The notes under the pieces were generated by a model. It was not told the origin of the DNA. It saw only the letters and a program-made list of their open reading frames with translations, and searched no databases. This document shows positions 32,786 to 48,443 of a stretch of 64,000 bases of DNA, piece by piece. How positions within the stretch are numbered: position 1 is the first letter of the stretch; the number at the start of each line of letters is the position of its first letter. The DNA is from the human T2T-CHM13v2.0 reference genome, Homo sapiens: assembly GCF_009914755.1 (NCBI RefSeq), contig NC_060936.1; one strand, 5' to 3'. A program made the translations under genes and the position numbers.

Positions 32786-35107
32786 CCTGGGAGGTCTGAA
32801 ATCTGCCTTATATTTTAGTCTCCATGATAATAATGGTCCTTCCTACCAGACCAGAAATATCTACCCATAGGCTTCCCCCTTGCTATTGAGATTCAGGACT
32901 GGTTTGCCCAAGAGGCTTCACTCTCTACCTTTGAGGTGGGTGATGGGGCTTGCAGGTGAAGTAGAAGAGGAAGTTACTATTGCTGAGCATTTACTAAGTG
33001 TTGGGCATTCTTTGCACTTCATATATTCACTTATTTAATTATATATTTGATGTAATATATCTCGTTCTCTTAACTCTTCCAAATAGGTATATTATCTATG
33101 TTTTACAGATGGGGAGGATAAGGTGCAGAGAGGTTAAGTAACTCTTCATAGGTCAATACGTGGCAAAGCTGAGATAAAAATCTGCCTGGCTCTAGAAACA
33201 TGCCTTTTCTTCCACATGAAGCTTTTAGGTTAATTGATATTTTAAAGGAATGTGAATCTCAGGGAAATACATGAAATGTGTCTAAAATTATCTACCAAAT
33301 GGTGTGACTCAGAGTAGATCCGAGCCATAGTTCATAAAGATTGTCAGAGTTCACGTTCATTAAAGGAGAGCCCTATGATCAGATAACCTATACTTGATTA
33401 AAAAAATGCTCAGATGCATGCAGTTAAGTGGAACTGCAATAAAATCTCAGTGAGAACAAGCAGAAACATGGCTAGTCCATGACCGCAGGGACACTGGGCT
33501 AGTTCAATGATCATTAGATCTGTACAACCTGTTCAAATACTCCAAGTTTTAAGTATTTCTAAATACCAGGGTATTTATGCAGGTTAGTTTCATTTCATAG
33601 TTTCATATCACAACAGCACTGGGATGCAGGGTTTTTGTTTTGTTTTGTTTTGTTTTTGCCTGGGTACTAGAGGTGGGATTCAGACCTGGATTTACTACAA
33701 ATCATGTTACTTCCCCTCTACCATATTGCCTACAATGTGTGTCTTCTAAAGATATCAGTGTCAACCCTTTATCTCAAAAACCTAAGAGACCACTGGGCTG
33801 CAAAATTTCTGAGAGCTAGCTGAAATCTCATAGGCAGATTTTCAGATCTTAAATATATTAAAACATTGCATTATTGGCCTTATGAAAAAGGACCAAATGC
33901 TCTATAAAAAACTTGTCCCATTAGATGCTGTGAGGAAAAATGTTCCATGGTCAGTAAATTAGCTTGTGACTCACTGGCTTAAACAAAATTACATGAGTGT
34001 TTTTACTGCAGGACTTCTCAGTGCCTTTAATGTGCTAATGTGCAACTAGGTAAGAGAAACGGAATGAAGTGTTCCTCAAACTTATTTGGCCGTGGGCCCC
34101 ATTTGGGACGCATTATTCATGTATGAACATGTATAAGGCATGTATGCAGAGCTGAGGGCCGTCCTGTCAACATGTGAAGGTTTGTGTAAATTGCCCTTAA
34201 CTCTTTATTTCCTTATGTGGTAGAGTTTGGGTTAGTTGTCTGCTTAGGAGGAGCAGGCTGAGGTCCTCTCTGATTTCCTAGGTTAGCCAGACAGTTACCC
34301 ACTTGGTACACAGTTGAGCTACGGTGGTGGGACATACTAGGAAATGTCCAGGTATGCAATGCTGCTTTGAGAGGGGGAGATTGGAGAGACTTAGGGGAAG
34401 AATAAAACCCTGAAACTGCAATGAAAAAGGGCAAGAAGTGTTATATGCACGTGTGTGCAGGGAAGGTAAGGGTCTAGAAAAGAGACTAGTAAATCTTCAA
34501 GGCAGGCTAAATTAATGCAGTTTGGTTTGAGTCAGTGTGCTTAGTAGGGGTAGATAAAATGAGCTTTAGCCTTTGAGATCTGGTATAAGGGTAGGAGGGA
34601 ACTAGCTGAGGACACTGGTGTTTGAATAGGGGACGTCACAGGAGGGGAAACTTAGAGACATGTTATATCTGTGAAGGAATCAACGGCAGGCTTCATTTTA
34701 TTTCGTTCTAATGTTTGAGCTTAAGCATCTAATATTATGGGTTTAACTTAGGACTTGGCTTATTGGGTTTGGGTGGCAAGATGAATTAGGAGTCAATTAC
34801 CAGCTGCATGTCTTGGTTCTGCCATCACTATAGTGGGGTTGATAAGCTCTACTGTGATGTTTCAAAAGGGCGTGAGAGAGTACGTGGAGTTCTGTGAGAA
34901 GAGCTTGTTAAAGACTATTTGAGTTCAGTGACTGGTTTGACTTCTGAGTTCAAACTGATATAATAAGAGAAAGCCTGAAGAAGAAGACTGGGCTAAAACA
35001 TTATCTGATACTCCTTGATTCTAAGGATATCTGTGCCAGATGAAACGACCTATAATAATAAGTAATTTTATTAGAATGGTCTGTATTTAAAATACCCTGT
35101 TATTTAG

Positions 35108-35517
<410 letters not shown>

Positions 35518-35927
35518 AAACCTCAGTTTCATTGCCTGAGGATTAAGTACAATGATGGTACCTTTTCATATGAGAGTTGTGGAGGTTAAATGAGACACAC
35601 ATGCAAAGGGTTAGCATGGTGCCTGGCTCAGAGTAGGTTCTCAAAAAAGTTTCTCTACATCTAAAGCAGCAGCGGAGGGGTGTGAAAGGGTCAGATCCTT
35701 GCAGTCTGCCAGCACAGAGCTGGAGGGGAGGAGTGGCATCTTCTTTGCCTTGTTTTTTGCTGCCATATCATGAAATGGTTTTCTTGGGCAACCATACTCA
35801 TTGACAACATTTCTGCCAAAACCCTTTCCTGTATCAACTTCTAGATGGTGGTTACAAGCCCTAACTGACCTTGATCAAGTATTTATTGAGTGCCTGTCAC
35901 AGTCTCCCCATTGGAGCACTATGGAGT

Positions 35928-36129
35928 GCACATGTACACACACATGCACAGCATGCACACATGTGCACACACACGCGCACACACATGCACTCACACACAC
36001 GTACGCACACGCGCACACACACATGTACTCACACGTACACACAGATATGCACTCACACATGCCCACATGTGCGTGCACACATGCACTCACACATGCACAC
36101 ACACATGCACACACATACACTCACACACA
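35928..36129. repeat. Degenerate (CA)/(CACG) purine-pyrimidine tract, about 200 bp
   Basis: Seen directly; explains the spurious HT/CV-rich ORFs. Confidence 0.9.
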
Positions 36130-37198
36130 GAGTAGGAAGACATATTCTTAATGTGAAAGTTCATGCGGAAAGATAAATCATATACATGAAAAATTGGAGG
36201 AAATACTTTAAATAACAACCATTTTTATAGTTGGAGGATGGGGTAAAACAGTGAACAAAACAGATATAATCCCTGCCAGTAGCTCCCCAAGGGCAGTGTG
36301 GTGGGTACAGTCTGCCCTGGCAGGGCACCCAGGCATTTTTCTTAGAATTGGTGATGCATGGTGATAATAAAAAGCAGACTGACTCTTTGTAGGCTTAGTA
36401 TTGTTTTCAAATTGTCTACAGACAATGCATTTCCTTATTGCCTGCACCTGGGGTGAGCAATTCCCATCCCCTCATCCTTGGCACACCATTACTGTCATGC
36501 CACTCCGGTGGGAAGAAAAAGACAATGGCAGGTAGTCTAAAGTCACTCAGTAAGATGAAGACAAATAAGAGTAAGGCAAGGAGGAGAGGCTACCATTTTA
36601 GATTGGGTGGTCAGGAAAGCTCTCTCCTGATATATGGATTTATATATACGGCATATTCATGGTCATATGTAGTTTAACACAGTCTTTCGTATTTGTTATG
36701 CACCAACTCTGTATTGGGCACTGTGCTGAGCCGAGCTCAGTGTGAGGTGCAATAGAGCTTTAGAGAAGGGGCGGTTGGTGTTGTATGAAGGCACCGAGGG
36801 ATTCATTGGAGAAAACTAGGATTGGATGGCTCAATTGTGAGTATCCCACCTAGATATTCACATGAAGACACACTGTGTATGTGTCTTGCCTAATGTCTGG
36901 TAGAGTCATGAGCACAGTAGGCACTCAGTAAAGACTTAGTAAGCCTGGTTGCAATATGAAAGAAATACTGGCTGCATTGAGGGCAGCATATATGTCATGG
37001 ATGTACATATCACCTCAACTAGCTGGAGGGCAAAGTCTATTTTGTACGCCCTCTTTTGGTTCACATAGATTCAACCCCTGGGAGATTGTTTCTCCGTTCA
37101 TCCTCCAAAAGACAAAAAACAAGTTGTATGTCTGAGAGGAAGGAGTTTAGAAGGCAAATTATTTTATTTTTATCAGCTGCTAAGAATCTCTTGATTTT

Positions 37199-37441
37199 TC
37201 TTCCTTTTTTTTTTTTTTTTTTTTTTTTTTTGTGACAGAGTCTCACTCTGTTGCCCAGGCTGGAGGGCAGTGTTGAGATCTCGGCTCACTGCAACCTCTG
37301 CCTCCTGGGTTCAAGCAAGCACGTCTGGCTAATTTTTTTTTTTTTTTTTTTTGGTATCTTTAGTGAAGACAGGGTTTTGCCATGTTGGCCAGGCTGGTCT
37401 TAAACTCCTGACCTCAGGTGATCCACCCGCCTCGGCCTCCC
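37199..37441 (-). mobile_element. AluS, 5'-truncated with an internal deletion of about 50 bp
   Basis: TSD gaatctcttgatttt at 37184-37198 and 37442-37456. Confidence 0.92.
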
Positions 37442-38237
37442 GAATCTCTTGATTTTTACAACTCTTTCCTGCTGAAGCTAGAGACAGGGTTGGCCGCTCA
37501 GGGTATGACCCATAGTGTCTGTTGCTCTCTGGTGTTTGTCTGCTTTATGGAAATCCTTTTGGTATAATAGACAAGTTTGGCGCACAAAGACTGAAACACA
37601 GTCTGATGTGCATTTCTGGGATTCTTGACATGACGATTGTGAGTAAAAGGGGCTAAGAAGTGAAGAAAAAATACCAAACAAGTGTTTTACTAGGAGCTAA
37701 TCATTGCTCTTGTTTTAACAATTTGGTCAGTTTGAAGGTAGCTATCATTAATTCTCCCTTCAAATTCTCTGAAAAGAAGTGCAAAATTTCTCTAACTGTA
37801 TTTAAATGCATTGAGCATGGAAGCATATAAAATACAATGAAATAAAGGAGTAGCTGTGGTGAATTTTGGAAGGGGAAGGAACTCTAAAGACAGCATTTAA
37901 TATTTTAAAATCTTCATCTTAAAACCACCAACACATATTCCTGTCACTCAACGCAGGGACTTTTGGTTCTCGTTAAGGGACTGCTGGATGGAGACTGCAT
38001 TCCTGTTTACAATATGCCAAGCCATATTTTTTTTAGTAGATTGATCATTTAATTGTGATTTTCAGTTTTTATTACATTATTGAATTCAATGATGCCTGTA
38101 GTGTCAGGGTAACTAAACAACTGCCTAGAGCCTTAAATGTGGAATTATGAGATCACAGAGTCAGTTACAAAATTTAATTTATAGACCTAGAGTGATACAT
38201 GTGAAGAATTTAAGAAGTCAAATGATACTGTATATAG

Positions 38238-38635
<398 letters not shown>

Positions 38636-39444
38636 CTCTTTTTGGATATTTTTATTGCCCTATATCTAAATAATGTTTTTATATTGCTTTTTTGCTGTAT
38701 ACACTTGAAGAACATAATATAATCTTCTGGGAAGATTTAATTTTCTTATATCACATCTTACATTCACTTCTACACTCAGCTTCCCAATATCATAAAATTG
38801 TCTAAAATTTTTTAGTTATGTCAATATCCAGGGCTTACATTATCATGATGTGTCACATATAATTTTCATTTTTTTTTGCTTTGTTTGAATCATTGCCTTG
38901 TTTTTACAATTTGTTTGGCTTTGGTTCCCTCAAGTTCTCTAAAAAGAGCTGAAAATTTTTCTCAATGTTAAAAATAATCAATTCTTTTCCTCATCAATAA
39001 ACTCCTCAATCCATGTATGTCTTTAGTGACTTTTTGGTTCTATCAACTTGTTCTCCCCATTGTGTTCTATCATCGATGAAAGAGGAATGTTAAAATATTT
39101 AGCTATGTGATTGTACAATTGTCTACATCTTTTAGTTTCATTAATTTTTGCTTTGCGTATTTTGAAACTCTGTTATTAAGTACATAAACAATCATGATTC
39201 CTATGCCTTCCTAAAAAATGACTCTTTTATTATTAGAAATGAGCCTCTTTGTCTGTGGTGGTACTCTTTATTTTGAAGTCAGTTTTAGCTATTATTCATG
39301 AAACTGCTTCACCCTTCTTGTACACATTTTTCTCTTGGTTAACTTTTGACTTATCTGTGTCTTTATATTTCAAGTGTTTTTGCAGGCAAAAGAGAGTTGC
39401 TTTTTAAAAATCCATTCTGATCATTTCTGCCCTTTTTCCCCCTT

Positions 39445-40031
39445 AGGGACAGGGTCTCACTTTGTCACCTAGGCTGAAGTGCAGTGGCATGATCACAGCT
39501 CATTGTAACCTCAAATTTCTGGGCTCAAGTGATCCTCCTGCCTCACCCTCCTGAATAGCTGGGACTATAGGTGTGCACAACCACACCTGGCTAATCTTAA
39601 ATAAAAAAAATTTTTTTTTTTTGAGATGGAGTCTCGCTCTGTTGCCTAGGCTGGAGTGCGATGGCATGATCTCGGCTCACTGCAACCTTTGCCTCCTGAG
39701 GTCATACGATTCTCCTGCCTCAGCCTCGTGAGTAGCTGGGATTACAGGTGTGCGCCACTGTGCCCGGCTAATTTTTGTATTTTTAGTAGAGATGGGGTTT
39801 CACCATGTTGGCCAGGCTGGTCTTAGGCTCCTGACCTTGTGATCCACCTGCCTCGGCCTCCCAAAGTGCTGGGATTACGGGTGTGAGCCACCACGCCTGG
39901 CCTTTACATTTTGTTTTTAGAGACAGGGTCTCACTATGTTGCTGAAGCTGGTCTTGAATTCCTAACCTCAAGCAATCCTCCTGCCTCAGCGTCCCAAAGC
40001 ACTGGAATTAGGTGAGCTACCGTGCCTGGCC
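39445..40031 (-). mobile_element. AluJ interrupted in its central linker by an AluS (39611-39902)
   Basis: Right arm, then a complete Alu, then the left arm, all in the same orientation. Confidence 0.88.
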
Positions 40032-40094
40032 TAATTTCTGCCTTTTAATGGGAGTGTTTAATCTTTTAACATCTAATGTAATTATTAGTATTGC

Positions 40095-40910
40095 ACAATA
40101 GACCTCCTTATTCATGGAGGATATGTTGCAATACCTCTACTGGATGCCTGAAACTGAGGGTAGTACCAAACCCTATATATGCTATGCACAAATTTCTTTT
40201 TCTTTCTTTACAGTTTCATGAATAGAAGATTAATTCTTACAGTAGATCAGGGGTGTCCAATCTGTTGGCTTCCCTGGGCCACATCGGAAGAAGAAGAATT
40301 GTCTTTGGCCACATGTAAAATACACGAAGATTAATGATAGATGATGAGCTAAACCAAAAAAAAATCAGAAAAAAATCTCATAACGTTTTTTACAAGTTTA
40401 CAAATTTGTGTTGGGCTGCATCCGTCCTGGGCTGCATGCAGCCCACGGGTGGCGGGTTGGACAAGCTTGCAGTAGATTCTAGCAATCTCAGCACACGATT
40501 TTTTTTTCTTTCCTTACTATGTCAAGAATTTTCAAATGTTCACTTAAAGGAAGTACTTTGTGGCTTCTCTTGGGCATATACAAATTGCCAACTTTACATG
40601 TCTTGTGTTTGGAACCATTATAAAGTAAAATAAAGGTTACTTGAACACAAGCAATGTGATATCGTGGCAGGAAATCCGTCTTTGTCTTAGGCTACTAAGA
40701 CAATGGGTGGGTAGTGGATACAGTGTGGATATACTGGAAAAAGGGGATGATTCATGGTTTATGATTTCATCATGCTACTCAGAATGGAGTGCAATTTAAA
40801 ACTTACAAATTATTTATTTCTGGAATTTTCCATTTAATATTTTTGGACCAAGGTTGATTGTGGGTAACTGAAACCTTAGAAAGTGAAACCATGGATAAGG
40901 GAGGACTATA
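40095..40910. mobile_element. MER44/Tigger7-like DNA transposon containing a nested MER30
   Basis: TIR-like ends ctccttattcatgg and ccatggataagggag. Confidence 0.7.
40248..40469. mobile_element. MER30 (hAT-Charlie MITE)
   Basis: caggggtgtccaatc...gttggacaagcttg; perfect 8-bp TSD cagtagat. Confidence 0.9.
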
Positions 40911-41269
40911 TCTGTAGTTAAGTCTGACATTTAATTATTTGTCTGTCTTTTTTTTTTGGCCCCTTCTGTTTCTTATTCTTCTGTAACTCCTTTCTTGGTT
41001 TATTTTGTATTGTTTGAATAATTTTAGAATTTCATTTTATCTGTTGACTTTAGTTCTACTTCTTTGCATTATTTAACTTTTTACAGTTTACTTAGAGTTA
41101 ATGAGTTAATATTGTACCACTTTACATAAAATGTAGAACCATCAACAATGTAGTTCCATTGATCTCCAACTCCCATCCCCTATGCTATAGCTGTCCTAAG
41201 TATTATACCTATGTGCATTATAAACTTCACAAAATCATAATTTTTACTTTAAGCACTCAAATGTATTTT

Positions 41270-41579
41270 ATTTTGTTATTTTATTTTATTATTATTTTTG
41301 AAATAACTTCTCAGCCTGTTGCTCAGGCTAGGGAGCAGTGGCAACTCATGGCTCACTCAAGCCTCATTCTCCTGGGCTCAAGCGATCCTTCAGCCTCAGC
41401 TTCCTGAGTAGCTGGGAGCACAGGTGCATGCCACCACGCCCTGCTAATTTTAATATTTTTTGTAGAAACAGGGTCTTGCCATGTTGTCCAGGCTAGTCTT
41501 AAGCTCCTGGTCTTAAGCAACTCTTCTCCTTCGGCCTCCCAAAGTGCTGGGATTATAGGCATGAGCCACTGTGCCCACC
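41270..41579 (-). mobile_element. AluJ
   Basis: Diverged dimer. Confidence 0.88.
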
Positions 41580-41999
41580 TTCAGATGTATTTTTAAAAAT
41601 TAAGATAAAAAATAATTTACATTCAATAATATATCATTTTTATTCTCTTCATACCTTTCCATAGTTTCAAATTTCCATCTAGAACCACTTCCCTTTAGCC
41701 TGAATAACTGTCTTTAACATTTCTTATTGTACATGTCTATTCTCAAATTCACTTAGTTTTCTTTTATCTCAAAATATCTTTATTTTGCTTTCATTCTTGA
41801 AGACTATTTTCATTGGATATCAAATTCTGGCTTACCAATTTTGTTTTTCTGTAGCACTTTAAAGATGTTTTTGTACTGTCTTCTGGCCTCTGGAGATTTT
41901 GATTAGTCAGTGATTATTTGAATCACTATGACCCTGCACATAAGGTACTGTTTTTCTTTAGCTACTTTTAAGACTTTCTCTTTATTTTTGGCTTACAGT

Positions 42000-42194
42000 T
42001 ACTCCACTCTGATGCGGTAGATGTATTTATTTTGCTGAGCTTCTTAAAGATATAAATGTATGTATCTTTAAAGATATAAATGTATATATCTAAGATATAT
42101 ACATTTATATCTTTAAGAAGCTCAGCAAAATAAATACATCTACCACATCAGAGTGAAGTATATATCTTCATAAAGATATATACATTTATATCTT
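42000..42194. repeat. Complex inverted repeat with 68-bp arms and an internal perfect 24-bp palindrome
   Basis: 42000-42067 matches the reverse complement of 42093-42160 with 3 mismatches. Confidence 0.93.
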
Positions 42195-42642
42195 TTCCTA
42201 AATTTAGGAAGATTTTGGCTGTTATATCTTAATTTTTTTTTTCTGTTTCATCCTCTCTGCAGGTTCATAAATCTCTTTTTCTCTCTCTTTTTTAAAGTTC
42301 ATTTTTTTCCTCTCTGTTGTTTAGATGGGATGATGTCTATTGATGTATCTTTGAGTTCTGTTTTAAGCCCATCTAATAATTTTTTTAAATTTTTATTTCT
42401 GGAATTTTTCTAATCTTAGAATTTCTATTTAGTTTTTTTATTTGTAGTTTTGATTTCTTTGCTGAGATTTTATTTATTTTTTTTCACAAGCATGTGCTTG
42501 TCTGCTCCATTTAGCTTCTTATAGTAGCTGCTTTAAAGATCCTTGTCTGCTAATCCAGTATCTGGATCATTTCTGGGTTAGTGTTCACAGATTGTTCTCT
42601 CCCTCCAAGCTAGGCCACATTTTTCTGGTTCTTTGTAGAGAG

Positions 42643-42954
42643 CAGTTTTTCCAACCCCTGCCGGTGGACTGCTACGGGTCCATGGCCTGATAGGAACCTG
42701 GCTGCAAGAGCATTCCCGCCTGGGCTCTGCCTCCTGTCAGATCAGCAGCGGCATTAGAGCGGCATTAGGAGCGGGAACCCTGTTGTGAACTGCACAGGCG
42801 AGGGGGATCTAGATTGCATGTGCCTTATGAAAATCTAACTAACGCCTGATGATCTGAGATGGAGCAGTTTCATCCCGAAACCATCCCCCGCCCCCACTAC
42901 GTCCATCTCTTCCATGAAATCAGTCTCTAGTGCCAAAAAGGTTGGGGATTGCTG
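42643..42954 (+). mobile_element. MER1B-like hAT element
   Basis: ccaacccc...gcctcctgtcagatcagc...aaaaaggttggggattgctg; flanks ttgtagag and ttgcagag. Confidence 0.8.
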
Positions 42955-44096
42955 TTGCAGAGTAGTTTTTGTACCTGGACATTGTGAATGGCTGGATTCT
43001 TTTACATCCCTCAGAAGAGTATACTTTTGTTTTAGTAGTCAATCACTTTGCTTAGACTCAAATTGTAAACTTTGTCTCGGGAAGTAACTCAAATTTCAGT
43101 TCAGTCCTGTTGTCTTTGGTTGGGCTGTGCGCAGTCTGCCCCATATATGATAGATCAGGAGTCAGCAATAGATTTGGCAGAGTTACACACAGAATCCAGG
43201 GGTCCCCTGCTCTTATCTTTCTTTTCCAAGATTCCTCTTTCACTTTTCAGCAGCTGTGTTTGCCCCAAAATTTGTTTTCTGGTTATTCAGGCCAGGAAGG
43301 CTGTGGATTTCTATCGGAGGTTAGCTGTCCTGTGGCTCTGACTTCAACCAGCCCTCAGACTAAATGCTGTAAACAAGAAACTCACTGTATGGCAGTACCT
43401 TCTCCAAGTTTCAGTGCCCACCACAATCTCCTTGCTTTTGTCTAGTTTCCAGTGTCTTTGGGTAGGTGGTGTTTTTTGTTTTGTTTTGTTTTTGTTTTTA
43501 AAGTATTTCCAGCATTTGTACTGTTTCTCTGTGGGAGGGTCAGATTTGGTAGGAGTTTAATCATCATATAAGAAGGGGGAAAAAAAAACGAAAAGAGCTC
43601 TTTGTGATTCTTTAGCATTCCCTATTTATCTGGTTTTGTTCTCTGTCTTTAATGTTAAAGCCTTTCTCAAAATGTCTGGTCCTTTATTGTTTGTTCGTGT
43701 TTAAAAAGTTCTGTGTGCAAACCATTGTTCTCATCCAAGGATGAATTTCTTGGTAGAGTGATGAAGGAGGGGATGGCTATTTCCTTGGTAACTTGAAAAT
43801 ACTACGTTTTCCTCGAGTACATTCCATTTTTCTTGGGAACATTATTCCAATTTCTTACTTGTGGGAAATCTGCTTGGATACATGCAAAACAGAGTTAAGG
43901 AAAAGACTCAGAATTCAGTGGTTAGATTTTTAATGAATTCTTCTATTTTTTCAGCCCAGTAGCTCAGCCACAGCATTCACTGTGCCTGGTAACCCTGTAC
44001 CACAGTTTCCCTGGGACCATTTCTCTAGAGAGTAAACCTTTCCAACTTCTGTTGGGGTGATGGAGGTAGCTTTACAGGGTGGGGAAGCTAATGTAA

Positions 44097-44478
<382 letters not shown>

Positions 44479-45079
44479 TCCAGTTGTTTCTTGTTCAAAT
44501 GTTCAACCAATCCTTTTGTTTTCAGCTCCACCCTTAGCCCTGAATGCAGAAGCTCATGGTGACTCCTGCGTCCTGGGCTTTTTGAGTTTTGTTTGATTGG
44601 AAAACTTCTTGTTGGATCCCTCTGTTCCCTCCACCATTTCCAGGCAGTCTTGGTTGTGTTTTGTCCATTCTACTAGTTCAGTTATCATCTATTCTATTTC
44701 TGTCTGCTGCCATGTTATTAAAATTTGGTCTGCTGGGGTCTCTGCTCATATTCTTTATTATGTCTCTTTATTCCTTTACATTTATTTGAGTGGGATTTTT
44801 GGAGGAGAGTAGATGTGTGTCCTCTCTTCCCTTATTAATAGGAAGTGAATAAATTATAAAGAACTAATTTGAGGAGAAAACAACTTTTCTGATAAATGAT
44901 AAAAGCAAGCTTTTCATCGTATTATGTTGGACTTTTAAACATACTAAACTTGAAGCTTCCTCTTCAAGCAAGAGAATCAAGTAGAGGTTGGGGTGCTTAT
45001 GTATGATGCAGCATCACAGAGATGCTGAGCTATAAGCAACTTGTAGGTCTTTTGAAACAGAGATTTTCACACTTCTTTA

Positions 45080-45427
<348 letters not shown>

Positions 45428-45789
45428 TCAATATATAAAACAGAAAAAAGTTATTTTCTCCTCAGCAATTTAAAGTGTTCTTGTTATACAACCCCTGAAC
45501 TCCTTTTAAGAGCTTTGGGATCCCTTTGCGCCCAGATGGAAAATCATTGCTGTAGGGACAGCAATTTACATTTCGTTAGCTCAAACAGTATGTACAACCA
45601 TTTTTTTCTGGTATAGGAGTATTAAGAAGTAATTATTTAAAAAATTTTATTGATACATAATAGATGTATATATATTTGGGGGTAAATGTGATAATTTAAT
45701 ACATCCATGTAATTTGTAAAGATTCAATCAGTGCCATTGGGATATCTGTCACTTTAAATATTTGTCCTTTATAAGAAGCAATAATATTA

Positions 45790-45990
45790 AACTTTATTGG
45801 GCACTCACTATGTTTGGGACATTATGTTAATGGGCTTTATATACATGATCTCATTTAATTCTCACAACAATGCTGTGAGGTAGATGTAATGATTATTTCC
45901 ATTTTGTAGATGAGGAAATGGAGGCCTGGAGAGGTTACGTACTTATTCATGGATACACAGCTAGGAAGTGGAAGAGCTGGGACCCAAAGC
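45790..45990 (-). mobile_element. MIR (representative; others near 620-870, 1530-1740, 4620-4810, 6690-6900, 8990-9220, 11760-11930, 32980-33210, 51930-52180 and 63350-63600)
   Basis: MIR core atctcatttaattctcacaac...attttgtagatgaggaaa. Confidence 0.8.
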
Positions 45991-46145
45991 CCACTCACTT
46001 AACCAGGACACGACCTTGGGCCTGGTCTGCTGGGGTCTCACTTCCCAAACCCCTCACCCCCCCATGCCCAGCACCTGGAACCATCACTGTGGGGGCTGTA
46101 CACTGAGGGTTGTCTCCCATTTGTGACAAAACTATAATGGACTAG

Positions 46146-46313
<168 letters not shown>

Positions 46314-46316
46314 TGA

Positions 46317-46610
<294 letters not shown>

Positions 46611-47330
46611 TAAAGAAAAAGATATTTAGTTATCAAAGACCTTTGCGGAAAGCCTCGGAGCAGCCTGCCTCTGGCAGGGACCTAGAGAGAATGCACAGTG
46701 GAGTCCTGTCCAGGAGATGGCAGTGTTGAGACGCGTATAGGACATCGCGAGGTCCCAGTGTTCTTGGCTTAGACAATCTTTTAATTAAAAACCCTCCAAA
46801 TCCAAGGTCCTCATTCAACCAAAAGCTAAAATGTCAGAAATATACAGTGAGGTTCTGGATGATGGAGGAAACACCGTAAGCTTATGCAGCCTCAGCTAGA
46901 CTACCCAAAGGGATTGTGAATGAGCTCTCCGAGAAATATCTGCTAATTAAGCATTAACTAATGTTCTTTTCTTCTGTCTTCTCCCCTTTTCTTTCTTTTA
47001 TTTCCTCTTCTGGATCTAGAGAGTGCCAGAAAGAGTAAAGGCTATCAAAAATTGTGGTAAAACTCCACATGAAAAAAGTTGTCGGGTGTAAAATGTATAC
47101 CTATATTTTAAGTCTGTATCTTCCCTGTCTCAATGAGTCCTCTGCCATTATAAACATTGTCAGCTTATCTTTCAGGTTGGTGAATCTCAGATCCACTTGA
47201 TCAAGGGAAATAGTTTCAGCCTAGTAGGGCTCAAGGAACCTTAACTAATTGGAATTAGACTTAGGAAAGCAGAGAGCCTGGGAGATTAAATTTTATTTAA
47301 CATAACATGGAACACAAGGAAGAATCCTAA

Positions 47331-47564
<234 letters not shown>

Positions 47565-48106
47565 TGATAAGCTCTGGTAGTTTGGTTCTTCCCTCTTGAT
47601 GTACCTTTCATGCAGGCGGGGTCACACAGGTCCTCCTAGGAAGAGATGATGTTTCCCGTCTCAGGTGTGGGTGAAGTGCCAATCTTTCAATTTCAGGGAC
47701 GATGTGTCTCAGAGGATTCAGGCTCCAGGCCTGTGGAAGCTGTGCAGTATGGCAGTGCCTTCAAGAGCCTGCTGGTGTGCCCATTGCATTGCTGCAATCC
47801 TTCTCAACCTTAATGTGCAAGAAATAGCATGAGGATCTTGGTAAAATGCAGACTCTGATTCAGTCTCTAGGGTCTGAGTTCTGCATTTCTAACAAGCTCC
47901 CAGGTGATGGCGATGCTACTGGCTCATGGAAGGCACTCTGAGAAGCAAGACTTACCGTGTTTTTCCACTAGAACAGGGAGGTGGAAAGTTGAACTTTTCC
48001 TCAAACTCACTTCAAATTGGCAAGTTCCCAGTGGATGTTTGAAATTTGAAATCATTTTAGAAGTCTTTCATCCGAGTCATCTAATGTCCAAGCGGTCAGC
48101 CTTCCT

Positions 48107-48140
<34 letters not shown>

Positions 48141-48287
48141 TCTTATATAACGTGTAACACATCATGTTTTGAGCCAAGAGACCTGATTAACAAAGTAGCC
48201 TTTTGAAGTCCAAAGACTTGAACTTCAAAATTTTCAAAGTAAATGCTATGGCACATACTAGGGGAAAAGGATAACACTCTAGGCCAG

Positions 48288-48443
48288 TTTCTGTTTGTTT
48301 GTTTGTTTGTTTGCTTATTTGTTTTGTAAAGATGGGTTTCACTAAGTTGCCCAGGCTGGTCTTGAATTCCTGGCTTCGAGTGATTCTCCCACCTCAGCCT
48401 CCCAAAGTCTTTGGATTGCAGGCATGAGCCACCATGTCTGGCC
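48288..48443 (-). mobile_element. Alu left monomer (FLAM-like)
   Basis: Single monomer with a (TTTG)n tail. Confidence 0.85.

Noticed and set aside
35801-36176. His/Thr-rich ORFs
   Set aside because: Translations of a degenerate CA repeat.
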